A DNA stretch of 64,000 nt from Candidatus Woesearchaeota archaeon (GTDB taxonomy: Archaea; Nanobdellota; Nanobdellia; Woesearchaeales; JAFGPW01): NCBI GenBank assembly GCA_016935985.1, contig JAFGPW010000007.1, forward strand, positions 22,956-86,955. Reading direction: 5' to 3'. Shown piece by piece: positions 51,237 through 59,303 of this stretch (positions are counted from its first letter, which is position 1; the number at the start of each line of letters is the position of its first letter). Both the position numbers and the translations under genes were made by a program. A model generated the notes under the pieces. That model made no database searches and had not been told where the DNA came from. It saw only the letters and a program-made list of their open reading frames with translations.

Positions 51237-51814
51237 CACTGACCACCCATCCGGTAGATGAGATCCTCGTCGACGCGCTTGTAGGCATGGAGCTCCTTGT
51301 CGGTGAACCATACCTTGATCTCGCGCGCGGCCTCCGTCGGGTCGCCTGACGCGTGGATGAGGTTCTGGATCGGACGGCCCGAGCTGTCGGAGAGCTGGTA
51401 GGAGTCAGGCGAATAGTCGCCGCGTATGGTGCCGGGCTCGGCGTGGTGCGGGCTGGTGCCGCCCACGATCTTCCGGACGAGCCGCACCGCGGCGTGGCCC
51501 TCGACCACGAGCGCGACGGTCGGCGACATGGTGATGTAGTCCATGAGCTGGCGCCGGACGCGCTGGCCGATCTGCATCGGCGTCTCCTTGACCGCGTGGC
51601 CGTCGGCCTCCTGGCTCTTCTTCGCCTTCTCGCCGACCGAGAGCAGCCACGCCTCGTCGTCGGCGTAGTGCCTGCCGGCGATATCCTTATCGGCGTAGAC
51701 CATCTTCATCGCGATGATCTTGAGGGTCGCGCGCTCGAACCGGGAGATGATCTCGCCGACGAGTCCGCGCTGGACCCCATCAGGCTTGATGAGCACGAGC
51801 GTCTTCTCTATCAT
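51236..51814 (-). CDS. ndk: Nucleoside diphosphate kinase (long form with an internal ~40-aa insertion)
   Basis: ATG 51814: MIEKTLVLIKPDGVQRGLVGEIISRFE...GTIRGDY...NLIHASGD (catalytic His). Confidence 0.9.
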   Translation of the reverse strand: MIEKTLVLIKPDGVQRGLVGEIISRFERATLKIIAMKMVYADKDIAGRHYADDEAWLLSVGEKAKKSQEADGHAVKETPMQIGQRVRRQLMDYITMSPTVALVVEGHAAVRLVRKIVGGTSPHHAEPGTIRGDYSPDSYQLSDSSGRPIQNLIHASGDPTEAAREIKVWFTDKELHAYKRVDEDLIYRMGGQ

Positions 51815-51996
51815 TGGGTACCCCTCTTGAGGCTCTGCGCCTCGGCGGTCCACGCGACGGTGCGGGGTTTCCGCTTCAGCTTGAGCATGTTCTTCTCGCA
51901 TTTCGATGAGCAGAAATGGATGATCTTGCCGTCCGTCTTCGCGTAGAGCGTGCCGGTTCCGGGCTCGATGTCGTTCCCGCAGAAGGTGCATCTCAT
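51811..51996 (-). CDS. rpl24e: 50S ribosomal protein L24e
   Basis: MRCTFCGNDIEPGTGTLYAKTDGKIIHFCSSKCEKN. ATG 51996; the track start at 52005 is GTG. Confidence 0.9.
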   Translation of the reverse strand: MRCTFCGNDIEPGTGTLYAKTDGKIIHFCSSKCEKNMLKLKRKPRTVAWTAEAQSLKRGTQ

Positions 51997-52007
51997 CGCG
52001 TTCACCC

Positions 52008-52319
52008 CTACGAGCTGCCGCGGCCGCCGCGCGAGAGCTGGCGGGCCTCGATCTCGGTCTCACGGAGCATCAGGATGTCGCCCACCTGCACCGGGCCCCT
52101 GACGTTGCGCCTGATGATCTTGTTCTCGTCGCGGCCCTCGAGGACCTTGCAGCGGACCTGGGTGACCTCGCCGCGGCTGCCGGTCCTGCCGATGACCTCC
52201 TCGACATTCGCGGCGAACGCAGGCGAGAAGCTCACCTGGCCCTTTATCGGCTCGCTCGCCGCTGCTGCGGCGGGGGCCTTGCCCCTGGTCTGGGGCTTGG
52301 TGTCGGTCGGTTCGGCCAT
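52008..52319 (-). CDS. rps28e: 30S ribosomal protein S28e with an Ala/Pro-rich N-terminal extension
   Basis: Core [55 protein letters not shown], preceded by about 35 extra residues. Confidence 0.9.
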   Translation of the reverse strand: MAEPTDTKPQTRGKAPAAAAASEPIKGQVSFSPAFAANVEEVIGRTGSRGEVTQVRCKVLEGRDENKIIRRNVRGPVQVGDILMLRETEIEARQLSRGGRGSS

Positions 52320-52324
52320 CGCGA

Positions 52325-52780
52325 TCACTCCGTCTTCCCTTCGGTATCGTCAGCCGCCGGCTCTTCAGCAGGCTCCCCTGCCTGCTTGTCGGGCGTATCC
52401 CCCGGCGTCTCCTCCACCTTTTCCTCTTCGGGCTCCGCCTCTGCCGCCGCCTCCTTCGCGAGCTCCTTGATGAGCGGCTTCGCCTCGCCCTCCTGGACGA
52501 TGACGACCGCGATCGTCGCGATGTCGAGGCCCGCGGCCGCCCCGAGCTCGTCCTTCGAGCCGGTCACATAGCAGGGGACACCCTTCTCCTTGCAGAGCAG
52601 GGGGACGTGCATGGTTATCTCGGGAGGGTTCACGTCGCTCGCGAGCGCGACGAGCTTCGCCTCGCCCCGCTCGATCATCTTCGTGACCTCGTTGGTGCCT
52701 TTCTTGAGCTTACCGGTGGCCTTCGCGACCTCGATCGCCTCGAGGACCTTCTCAGCGGTTTCCTTGGATGCTTGTTCCAT
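52325..52780 (-). CDS. rpl7ae: 50S ribosomal protein L7Ae (K-turn binding) with an acidic C-terminal extension
   Basis: [48 protein letters not shown], plus a ~45-aa Glu/Ala/Pro tail. Confidence 0.95.
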   Translation of the reverse strand: MEQASKETAEKVLEAIEVAKATGKLKKGTNEVTKMIERGEAKLVALASDVNPPEITMHVPLLCKEKGVPCYVTGSKDELGAAAGLDIATIAVVIVQEGEAKPLIKELAKEAAAEAEPEEEKVEETPGDTPDKQAGEPAEEPAADDTEGKTE

Positions 52781-52889
52781 GTTGATACAACTCCGTCATG
52801 TCGCTTGACTTGAGGTAAGAATGACCTACCTCGCTCGGGCCCGGGTCCCGGACCGTCATCAGTCATAGGTATGCTCCGGAAACGAAGGG

Positions 52890-52902
52890 GTATTTATAAA
52901 GG
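52890..52902 (-). promoter_or_regulatory. TATA-like box (minus strand CCTTTATAAATAC) for the rpl7ae operon
   Basis: About 110-120 nt upstream of ATG 52780, implying an unusually long leader of about 85 nt. Confidence 0.4.
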
Positions 52903-52959
52903 TTGCGGTGGGGCGGCGGGCAAAGTATTTATATCCGTGCGCCAGGAAGGGAGATTACC

Positions 52960-54018
52960 ATGGCCTTCCTCACAGAGACCTATTTCGGCAACACCGTCAT
53001 GCAGTACCTCGTGTTCCTGCTCATCCTCGCCGGCGGCATCCTCGCCGGCCGGGCAGCCCATTGGGTGGCGACGACCATCCTCGCCCAGGCGGCGAAGAAG
53101 ACCAAGACGAACCTGGACGACATCCTCATCAAGGAGCTGAAACGGCCGATCGTCTTCCTCCTCTTCATCCTCTCCGCCTACTACGGCATCACCTTCCTCG
53201 CCCTCTCCGAGCGCGCGGCCGAGATCTTCAGCAACGTGCTCCAGATGCTCATCATCCTGGACATCACCTGGTTCCTCATCGCGTTCGTCGACTCCATCCT
53301 CATCCACTACGTCCAGCCGCTGACCGAGAAGACAAAGAGCGACCTCGACGAGCACCTGCTGCCGATCCTGCGCAAGCTCGTCAAGATCATCCTGATCGTG
53401 ATCGCGCTCATCATGATCATCTCCGAGTTCGGCTACGACGTGACATCCCTCCTCGCCGGCCTCGGCCTCGGCGGCCTCGCGTTCGCCCTCGCCGCCCAGG
53501 ACCTGCTCAAGAACCTCTTCGGCGGCGTCGCCATCCTCACCGACAAGCCCTTCAAGCTCGGCCAGCGCATCAAGGTCGACGAGAAGTATGACGGCTTCGT
53601 GCGCGAGATAGGCATGCGCACGACGAGGATCGAGACTTTCGACGGCACCCAGCTGATCCTCCCCAACTCCAAGATCGCCGACTCGATCGTCGAGAACATC
53701 TCTGCCGAACGGGCGCGCCGCGTCAAGCTCGTTCTCGGCGTGACGTACGGCACGTCGTCGGCGAAGCTCGAGAGGGCGCAGAGGATCCTCGCCGACATCG
53801 TCAAGAGAAACAGGAACACCGAGGACGAGAGCAGGGTGTGGTTCAGCGGCTTCGGCGATTTCGCGCTCCAGCTGACGCTCATCTACTGGATCAGGGACCT
53901 CGACAACATCATCACCGCCCAGGGCGAGATCAACACCGCGATCAAGAAGGGGTTCGAGAAGGCGCGAATCGATTTCGCTTTCCCGACGCAGACGATCGAG
54001 CTCGTCCGCAAGGGATGA
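52960..54018 (+). CDS. MscS-family mechanosensitive channel
   Basis: ATG 52960, with TATA-like GTATTTATATCC about 30 nt upstream. GLGLGGLAFALAAQDLLKNLFGGVAILTDKPFKLGQRIKV. Confidence 0.9.
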   Translation: MAFLTETYFGNTVMQYLVFLLILAGGILAGRAAHWVATTILAQAAKKTKTNLDDILIKELKRPIVFLLFILSAYYGITFLALSERAAEIFSNVLQMLIILDITWFLIAFVDSILIHYVQPLTEKTKSDLDEHLLPILRKLVKIILIVIALIMIISEFGYDVTSLLAGLGLGGLAFALAAQDLLKNLFGGVAILTDKPFKLGQRIKVDEKYDGFVREIGMRTTRIETFDGTQLILPNSKIADSIVENISAERARRVKLVLGVTYGTSSAKLERAQRILADIVKRNRNTEDESRVWFSGFGDFALQLTLIYWIRDLDNIITAQGEINTAIKKGFEKARIDFAFPTQTIELVRKG

Positions 54019-54042
54019 GAGGGGACGCAGTGAGAAGGGGCC

Positions 54043-54231
54043 TCACTTCGGGACGATCCGTATCTTCTTCCTCGTGCCGTCCTTGAGGAATACGAGCGAA
54101 TAGGCCCTGATGCCCTGCGCCTCCGCGTAGGCCTGCGCCGCCTTCTCGCTCTGGAAGGTCTTCGGGCGTGGCGAGCGGTTCCTGCCGCGGGTATGCAGTC
54201 GCTTCCGTTTCTTCTGGGGGATGATGCTCAT
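54043..54231 (-). CDS. Small basic protein (62 aa, hypothetical)
   Basis: MSIIPQKKRKRLHTRGRNRSPRPKTFQSEKAAQAYAEAQGIRAYSLVFLKDGTRKKIRIVPK. Last gene of a same-strand string of small ORFs. Confidence 0.45.
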   Translation of the reverse strand: MSIIPQKKRKRLHTRGRNRSPRPKTFQSEKAAQAYAEAQGIRAYSLVFLKDGTRKKIRIVPK

Positions 54232-54317
54232 GCTGGTCGACCTTGTGCGTAAGGGATTAGGGAAGAAAGAGTGAAGGGTATAAAAAAGTTTGTGTGCGAT
54301 GGAAGGATGGAGAAGGC

Positions 54318-54572
54318 CTAGCGCTTCTTCTTCTTCCTTCCGCGGACCATCTTGGTGCGGGCGACGTCGCCGTCCTTGTCGATGAAGTAGAGATAGCCGT
54401 CAGCGCGCTTGACGCCTGTCTGGGCGACGACCTGCTGCTTCTGTTTCCCTTTCTGGTTCCTGCCGCGCGCCATGACGCTCCTCGCGACATTGCCGTTCTT
54501 GTCGAGGAAATAGAGATACCCCTTCTCCCGCTTGACGCCGGCTTTCGCCACCTTTTCTGCCATTGTGCTCAT
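54318..54572 (-). CDS. Small basic protein made of two tandem GVKRxxGYLYF(L/I)DK(N/D)G(N/D)VAR repeats
   Basis: ATG 54572 (or 54563): AGVKREKGYLYFLDKNGNVARSVMARGRN / TGVKRADGYLYFIDKDGDVARTKMVRGRK. Confidence 0.55.
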   Translation of the reverse strand: MSTMAEKVAKAGVKREKGYLYFLDKNGNVARSVMARGRNQKGKQKQQVVAQTGVKRADGYLYFIDKDGDVARTKMVRGRKKKKR

Positions 54573-54699
54573 CCTCCGGGGAGCCCGGCCCCGCGCCCGC
54601 TCCCGCTGCGTTCGCTGGAACGGAAGGGGGACCGTATCCACCCCATGGAGGTGTCATAGGATGAGGATGTATATATATTTTGTGGCGTTTTCCGAGTAT

Positions 54700-54885
54700 T
54701 CATGGCTTGCCTGCCATCCGCTTTACCAGCGGGACATACCCGAACCACAGGACCGCGGCGATGAGAAGGAAGGCGAACCAGGGCATGATGCCGAGGGCCA
54801 TCGTGAGGAAAGAGCCGATGATGATGAGCACGCCGACGATGCCGAGCGCGCGCGTGAGACGGTGAGACGGCGGTGCGGCGGCCAT
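54700..54885 (-). CDS. Small two-TM membrane protein (hypothetical)
   Basis: 61 aa. Starts 3 nt after the stop of the HIT-like gene. Confidence 0.45.
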   Translation of the reverse strand: MAAAPPSHRLTRALGIVGVLIIIGSFLTMALGIMPWFAFLLIAAVLWFGYVPLVKRMAGKP

Positions 54886-54888
54886 CGT

Positions 54889-55419
54889 CTAGGGGATCCG
54901 CCGGATCTGGCGGATGAGGTAGTTCTCCTCGCCCTCCCCCTCGCCGACCTGGTCAGGCTCCTGGGGCTGCGCGACCGGCCCCTTCTTCTCCTCGGCGAGG
55001 CCGATCACCGGCTGGTGCTCCTTGATCTGCAGCTCGACGGTGGACATCTCTTCCTCGGAGAGCTTCTTCGTCTTCCAGGAGAAGTCGAGCCCGTCGCCGT
55101 TGAAGCGGGGGATCAGGTTGAGCATCGCGTGCGGCGCCTTCTGGCCGGCGGCAGGGCCGTTCATCAGGAGCAGGTTCGTGCCGTGCGCGCCGAGGGTCTC
55201 GAAGACCGCGGTCGACAGCCGGTTCGCGACGCTGAAGAGCTCGCCCACGATGTCGTCGGGGATCTGCTCGAGGATGGGGAAGTGCTCTTTCGGCATGACG
55301 ATGATATGGCCTGCGCCGACAGGGTTCTGGTCGAGGAACGCGAATATGCGCTCGTCCTCGTAGACGACGTCGGCCGGGATCTCGCCCTTCGCCGCCCTGC
55401 AGAAGACGCACTCGCTCAT
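54889..55419 (-). CDS. HIT-fold protein with a degenerate triad (HAMLNL)
   Basis: MSECVFCRAAKGEIPADVVYEDE...GQKAPHAMLNLIPR. The second and third His of HxHxH are replaced. Acidic C-terminal extension. Confidence 0.8.
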   Translation of the reverse strand: MSECVFCRAAKGEIPADVVYEDERIFAFLDQNPVGAGHIIVMPKEHFPILEQIPDDIVGELFSVANRLSTAVFETLGAHGTNLLLMNGPAAGQKAPHAMLNLIPRFNGDGLDFSWKTKKLSEEEMSTVELQIKEHQPVIGLAEEKKGPVAQPQEPDQVGEGEGEENYLIRQIRRIP

Positions 55420-56090
55420 CTGAACAGCACCTTCGCTATGTCGTCGAGGCCGACCGTGGCGTCGTCGCCCTTCCCGTCCTTCCTATCCTTCCCATCCATC
55501 CCGTCGGAGGTGTCCTTCTCCTCGGTGAATTCGGCATCCATGGTCGTCGGCTGCGGCGGGACCGGCGAGGCAGCCTCCCCAAGCGCCTTCTCGGCCGGCG
55601 GCTCTTTCCCCATCATCCGGTAGGCGTGCGGCCGCAGCCGCGCGGCTATCGCCGCGAGCTCGGCGGGCGCCGCCTTCTTGGGCTTGGCGTCGAACGCGGC
55701 GATGCCGTCGCCCTTCTTGCGCGGGATGATGTGGATCATGACATGCGGCGCCTTCTGCCCCGCGGTGGTGCCGTTCGCGACGAAGATGTCGGTCCCCTCA
55801 GCCCCGAGCGCCTTGAGGAGTGAGGCGGATATCGCCTTCGCCGCGACAAAGAGGTGGCGCACGTCGGGGTCGGCCATCTGGGGCATGATCGCGTGATGCT
55901 CGCGCGGCAGCAGCAGGACATGGCCAGGGTTCGCCGGATTGATGTCGAGGATGCCGACGCAGGACTCGTCCTCATAGATCCTCTTCGACTGCACCTGGCC
56001 GCTGATGATATGGCAGAATATGCAGTTCTTCCTCTGCGCTTCCGCCTCCTCCTCAGGAGAGGGCTGCATGCCGCTTCCGTCGCCTTCCAT
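55416..56090 (-). CDS. HIT-fold protein with a degenerate triad (HVMIHI), paralogue of the downstream gene
   Basis: NCIFCHIISGQVQSKRIYEDE...GQKAPHVMIHIIPR. ATGA overlap with the next gene. Start ATG 56090 lies about 25 nt from TATA-like TGTTTATATACAA (ATG 56069 is also possible). Confidence 0.8.
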   Translation of the reverse strand: MEGDGSGMQPSPEEEAEAQRKNCIFCHIISGQVQSKRIYEDESCVGILDINPANPGHVLLLPREHHAIMPQMADPDVRHLFVAAKAISASLLKALGAEGTDIFVANGTTAGQKAPHVMIHIIPRKKGDGIAAFDAKPKKAAPAELAAIAARLRPHAYRMMGKEPPAEKALGEAASPVPPQPTTMDAEFTEEKDTSDGMDGKDRKDGKGDDATVGLDDIAKVLFR

Positions 56091-56181
56091 GAAGCACGAG
56101 GCCGGGAGGATTGTATATAAACATTGTGGTGATGCCGCCCGGTCCAAAGGTTTTTTATAATACCGGGCATGATGCGGTCGC

Positions 56182-56616
56182 ATGGCAGACGGCAGGATGA
56201 CGGTCCTCGTTTTCGGCACCTTCGACGGCCTGCACCCTGGCCACCTGCACTTCCTCCACCAGGCGCGCGAGAGGGGGGACCGGCTGCACGTCCTCGTCGC
56301 GCGCGACGCGACCGTGCTGGAGGTGAAAGGGAGAGCCCCCGAATTCGACGAGAACGAGCGGCTGCTGGCGGTTCGGGATCTCCTGATGGTCGACGAGGCC
56401 TCGCTCGGCGATCCTGTCGACCGGTACGCGGCGCTCGACCGCGTGCGGCCAGACGTCATCTGCCTGGGCTATGACCAGCAGGCCTTCGTCGGCGGCCTCA
56501 AGGCAGGGCTCAGGAAGCGTGGGCTGAGGACCGCGATCGTCAGGCTCGACGCCTTCCATGACGATGTCTTCAAGAGCTCGAAACTGCGCAGAGGCGCGGC
56601 GGCTCAGAGGGACTGA
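56182..56616 (+). CDS. ribL: Archaeal FAD synthetase (RibL-type cytidylyltransferase-fold FMN adenylyltransferase)
   Basis: VLVFGTFDGLHPGHLHFLHQARERGDRLHVLVARDATV...DVICLGYDQ. TATA-like GTTTTTTATAATA lies about 25 nt upstream. Confidence 0.75.
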   Translation: MADGRMTVLVFGTFDGLHPGHLHFLHQARERGDRLHVLVARDATVLEVKGRAPEFDENERLLAVRDLLMVDEASLGDPVDRYAALDRVRPDVICLGYDQQAFVGGLKAGLRKRGLRTAIVRLDAFHDDVFKSSKLRRGAAAQRD

Positions 56617-57320
56617 AGGTCTCCGGGCGCGAGCGCGAGGAAGCTCTTCTCCGTGAATGCTATCCGCGCCTCGCTCGCGTCCCAGAGCAGGAAACCGCCG
56701 AGGCTCCGCTCGCCGCCGGTCACGATGATGCCGCTCGGCGGCAGGAAGTAGGAGCTGTAGAGCGCGTCCTTCACCTGCTCCTTGGTGATGCCGTCGATCC
56801 CCAGCCGCTCGGCCTGCACCTTGCGCGCGAGGATCCGGCAGGCGTCGACGATCTCCTCCTGGCCGTCGTAGTTGATGCAGAAGTTGCAGAAGAAGCGGTC
56901 GTAGTCCTTGGTCGCGTCGACCGCGCGCTTGATCGGCTCGATCACCTTCGAGGGCATGCCGTACCACTTGCCGAGCACGGTGATCCTGACCTGGTTGTCG
57001 TGAAACAGGGGTTCCTTGGGAACGGCCTCGAAGAAGTCCTTCATCGGCCCGATGATCGCCTCGAAGAGCGGGTCGCGAAGGGAGCGAGCCGGGACCAGGC
57101 TGAAGGTAATGATGGGGATGTCCTGCCTGACCGCCGCCTGCACGAGCTCGCGCACCTTGTCGAAGATGAGCCGGTACGCCTCCGCCACCTCGACCTTCTC
57201 GCGCTTGGCGTGCGACGAGATGCCTGCCACCGTGATAGCGATGTGCTTCGGCGCAGGGCCGTCTATCGCGGAGACCGGCTTTTTCGGAAGCAACCGCGTG
57301 AGAGGTATCTTGTCGAGCAT
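56604..57320 (-). CDS. cis-Prenyltransferase (UPPS)-fold protein lacking the canonical catalytic motifs
   Basis: PKHIAITVAGISSHAK replaces HVAIIMDGNxRWA. VTGGERSLGGFLLWDASEA replaces RTGGExRxSNFLLWQ. ATG 57320. Confidence 0.65.
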   Translation of the reverse strand: MLDKIPLTRLLPKKPVSAIDGPAPKHIAITVAGISSHAKREKVEVAEAYRLIFDKVRELVQAAVRQDIPIITFSLVPARSLRDPLFEAIIGPMKDFFEAVPKEPLFHDNQVRITVLGKWYGMPSKVIEPIKRAVDATKDYDRFFCNFCINYDGQEEIVDACRILARKVQAERLGIDGITKEQVKDALYSSYFLPPSGIIVTGGERSLGGFLLWDASEARIAFTEKSFLALAPGDLQSL

Positions 57321-57351
57321 TCCGCACCCCCGGTGAGGAGGGGATGGCAAA

Positions 57352-57362
57352 GTTTATAAAAG
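57352..57362. promoter_or_regulatory. Shared bidirectional TATA-like element (GTTTATAAAAG) for the 57320(-) and 57383(+) genes
   Basis: About 32-42 nt from ATG 57320 on the minus strand and about 21-31 nt from ATG 57383 on the plus strand. Confidence 0.4.
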
Positions 57363-57382
57363 TTGTTGTTCAGGCGATCGCC

Positions 57383-58252
57383 ATGGTTTTCTCTACCATC
57401 GCCCTCGGGGCCTGCCTCCTCGCGCTGGCGGCGGGGTCCTACACCGACATCAGGACCAGGGAGGTGCCCGACTGGGTGAACTTCGCCCTGATCCTCTTCG
57501 GGATCGGGACCGCGGCGATCGCATCGGCGGTGCTCGGAAGCTATGTGCCGCTCTGGCGGAGCGCGCTCGGCTTCGGGGTTTTCCTCATCGCGGCGCTCGT
57601 GATGTTCTACGCCGGCCAATGGGGAGGCGGGGACTCCAAGATGCTGATGGGCCTCGGCGCGGCGATAGGCCTCGACCTCGCGCTCGACTCGTTCCTCGTC
57701 GGCTTCTTCATCAACACGCTTTTCGCGGGCTCGCTCTACGGGCTCGTGTATAGCCTCGTCCTCGCGGCGCGGCGCCGCGAGGAGTTCTGGCGACACGCGA
57801 GATCGATCAACGCGCGCCGGGACGCGACGATCGTTCGGAGGATCCTGTTCGCAACATGCGCGCTGCTCCTAATCATCTCGGTCTTCCTCGCGCTTCCGCT
57901 CCAGAAGCTGCTCGTCGCGATCGTCGCGCTCATCGTCCTCCTCGCCTACTACCTCTTTGTCTTCGTCAAGGCGGTCGAGCTCGCCTGCATGTACCGCGAG
58001 GTCGCTCCCGAGCGCCTGACCGAAGGCGACTGGATAGCGGACGACGTCGTCGTCGACGGCGCGGTGGTGGCTGGGCCCGGCGACCTGGGCATCGGGAAAG
58101 GGCAGATCGCGAGGCTCGTCTCGCTCAAGAAGGCGAAGAAGGTGACCGTTGTCCGCATCAAGGAGGGCATCCCCTTCGTGCCGAGCTTCTTGATCGGCTT
58201 CGTTGCGACAGTGCTCTTCGGGAACATCCTCTTCCTGCTCATCCCGCTCTAA
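57383..58252 (+). CDS. A24-family type IV prepilin/preflagellin peptidase (PibD/FlaK-like) with a C-terminal extension
   Basis: GSYTDIRTREVPDW and QWGGGDSKML are the two catalytic Asp motifs. ATG 57383 is favoured over track ATG 57344 because of the TATA position. Confidence 0.8.
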   Translation: MVFSTIALGACLLALAAGSYTDIRTREVPDWVNFALILFGIGTAAIASAVLGSYVPLWRSALGFGVFLIAALVMFYAGQWGGGDSKMLMGLGAAIGLDLALDSFLVGFFINTLFAGSLYGLVYSLVLAARRREEFWRHARSINARRDATIVRRILFATCALLLIISVFLALPLQKLLVAIVALIVLLAYYLFVFVKAVELACMYREVAPERLTEGDWIADDVVVDGAVVAGPGDLGIGKGQIARLVSLKKAKKVTVVRIKEGIPFVPSFLIGFVATVLFGNILFLLIPL

Positions 58253-58266
58253 TCGTACGCCCGCGC

Positions 58267-58872
58267 TCACGCGGTGATGACCACGAACACGATACCGAGA
58301 GAGATTATCGCGAGCGTCGCGTAGAACGCCTTGTTCCAGGCGAGGATCTTCGACCCGTCGAACCCGAAGAAGGGGATGAGGTTGAAGAGCGCGAGCCAGC
58401 CGTTGATCATCATGCCCATCATCGATATGATGCCGACGATCGGGCCGGTCCCGAACGGCGAGAAGAGCGCCATCATGAAGAGGAGAGCGAGCGCGAGGTT
58501 CGCGACCGGACCTGAGGAAGAGATCATGCCGTTGATCCGCCGGTCGATCCGGCCACGGATCATGACCGCGCCGGGGGCGGCGAAGAGCACGCCCATGAAC
58601 GAGATGATGATCGCGAGGATGAGCATCCGGTTGTCGGCCCTGAACTCGGCCCAGCAGCCGAACCGCTGCGCGACGACCTTGTGGGCCACCTCATGGACCA
58701 CGAAGCCGAGGCCGACCGTCACCGCGGAGACCAGCAGGTAGAAGAGGAACGACCGCGAGGCGAGGGAGGGAGATATCACGATCGCGAACGCGAATGTGAC
58801 CGCCGCCCAGGCGCGCAGCAGGTGCAGTATCTCGGTGCGCGAGAAGGCGTCCCAGAAGGTGCGCGTCTGCAT
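58267..58872 (-). CDS. M50-family (site-2 protease-like) membrane metalloprotease
   Basis: ATG 58872. FVVHEVAHKVVAQRFG (HExxH). Multi-TM. TATA-like TCTATTTATACTA lies about 25 nt upstream. Confidence 0.8.
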   Translation of the reverse strand: MQTRTFWDAFSRTEILHLLRAWAAVTFAFAIVISPSLASRSFLFYLLVSAVTVGLGFVVHEVAHKVVAQRFGCWAEFRADNRMLILAIIISFMGVLFAAPGAVMIRGRIDRRINGMISSSGPVANLALALLFMMALFSPFGTGPIVGIISMMGMMINGWLALFNLIPFFGFDGSKILAWNKAFYATLAIISLGIVFVVITA

Positions 58873-59131
58873 GAGGCATCGCTGTCGCAGATAGTATAAA
58901 TAGATTCTGGTCAGGCCGCGCTTGGGCACGCGTGAGAAAAAAGAAAGGGACTCATGAAAGTCCCCCTCTAAGTGATATATAACCACCCCCCGAAGTAATG
59001 ATGATTAGGGGCTGCGTCGTATATAAACATTCCGTTCTTTTTTGCTGACATTCGTATACTGAGATAATGGTGATATACTAATCCGTATAGGGGACGTTTT
59101 TTTTCAGTATCAGGCTTCGCCTCACCCAAAA

Positions 59132-59142
59132 GATTTTTAACC
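59132..59142 (+). promoter_or_regulatory. TATA-like box (GATTTTTAACC) upstream of tRNA-Leu
   Basis: 32-42 nt upstream of 59174. Confidence 0.3.
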
Positions 59143-59173
59143 ACCCCTGCATTCTTTAGAGGATATTCCCCAG

Positions 59174-59257
59174 GCGGGGGTGCCGGAGCGGTCAAACGGG
59201 CATGGTTCAGGGCCATGTGGCTTAGCGCCTTCGAGGGTTCGAATCCCTTCCCCCGCA
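59174..59257 (+). tRNA. tRNA-Leu (anticodon CAG), long variable arm
   Basis: Acceptor GCGGGGG/CCCCCGC. Anticodon arm CATGG-TTCAGGG-CCATG. 15-nt variable arm. T-arm GAGGG-TTCGAAT-CCCTT. Confidence 0.85.
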
Positions 59258-59303
59258 GCAGGCGCCAGGAGGCGCACGAGAGTGGTCGTCTGGTGGCATA
59301 CTG

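Noticed and set aside
47558-51242. Very long plus-strand ORFs (520 aa at 47558-49120 and 728 aa at 49056-51242) opposite tuf and fusA. Similar cases are 19822-21402 opposite nrdD and the first 449 codons of 5804-8068 opposite 7094-8737.
   Set aside because: Their translations are Arg/Asp/Leu/Val-rich and low in complexity, with no motifs. They mirror highly conserved genes on the other strand. High G+C with GC3-rich codons suppresses stop codons on the antisense strand.
58998-59048. Possible box C/D sRNA: AUGAUGA (58998-59004) and CUGA (59045-59048) 51 nt apart, with a 4-bp CGAA/UUCG terminal stem.
   Set aside because: No credible internal D'/C' boxes. The middle is a TATA-like ATATAAA and the 3' guide region is a T-run. 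The terminal stem spacing does not give a proper K-turn. The evidence is insufficient without a structure or target search.
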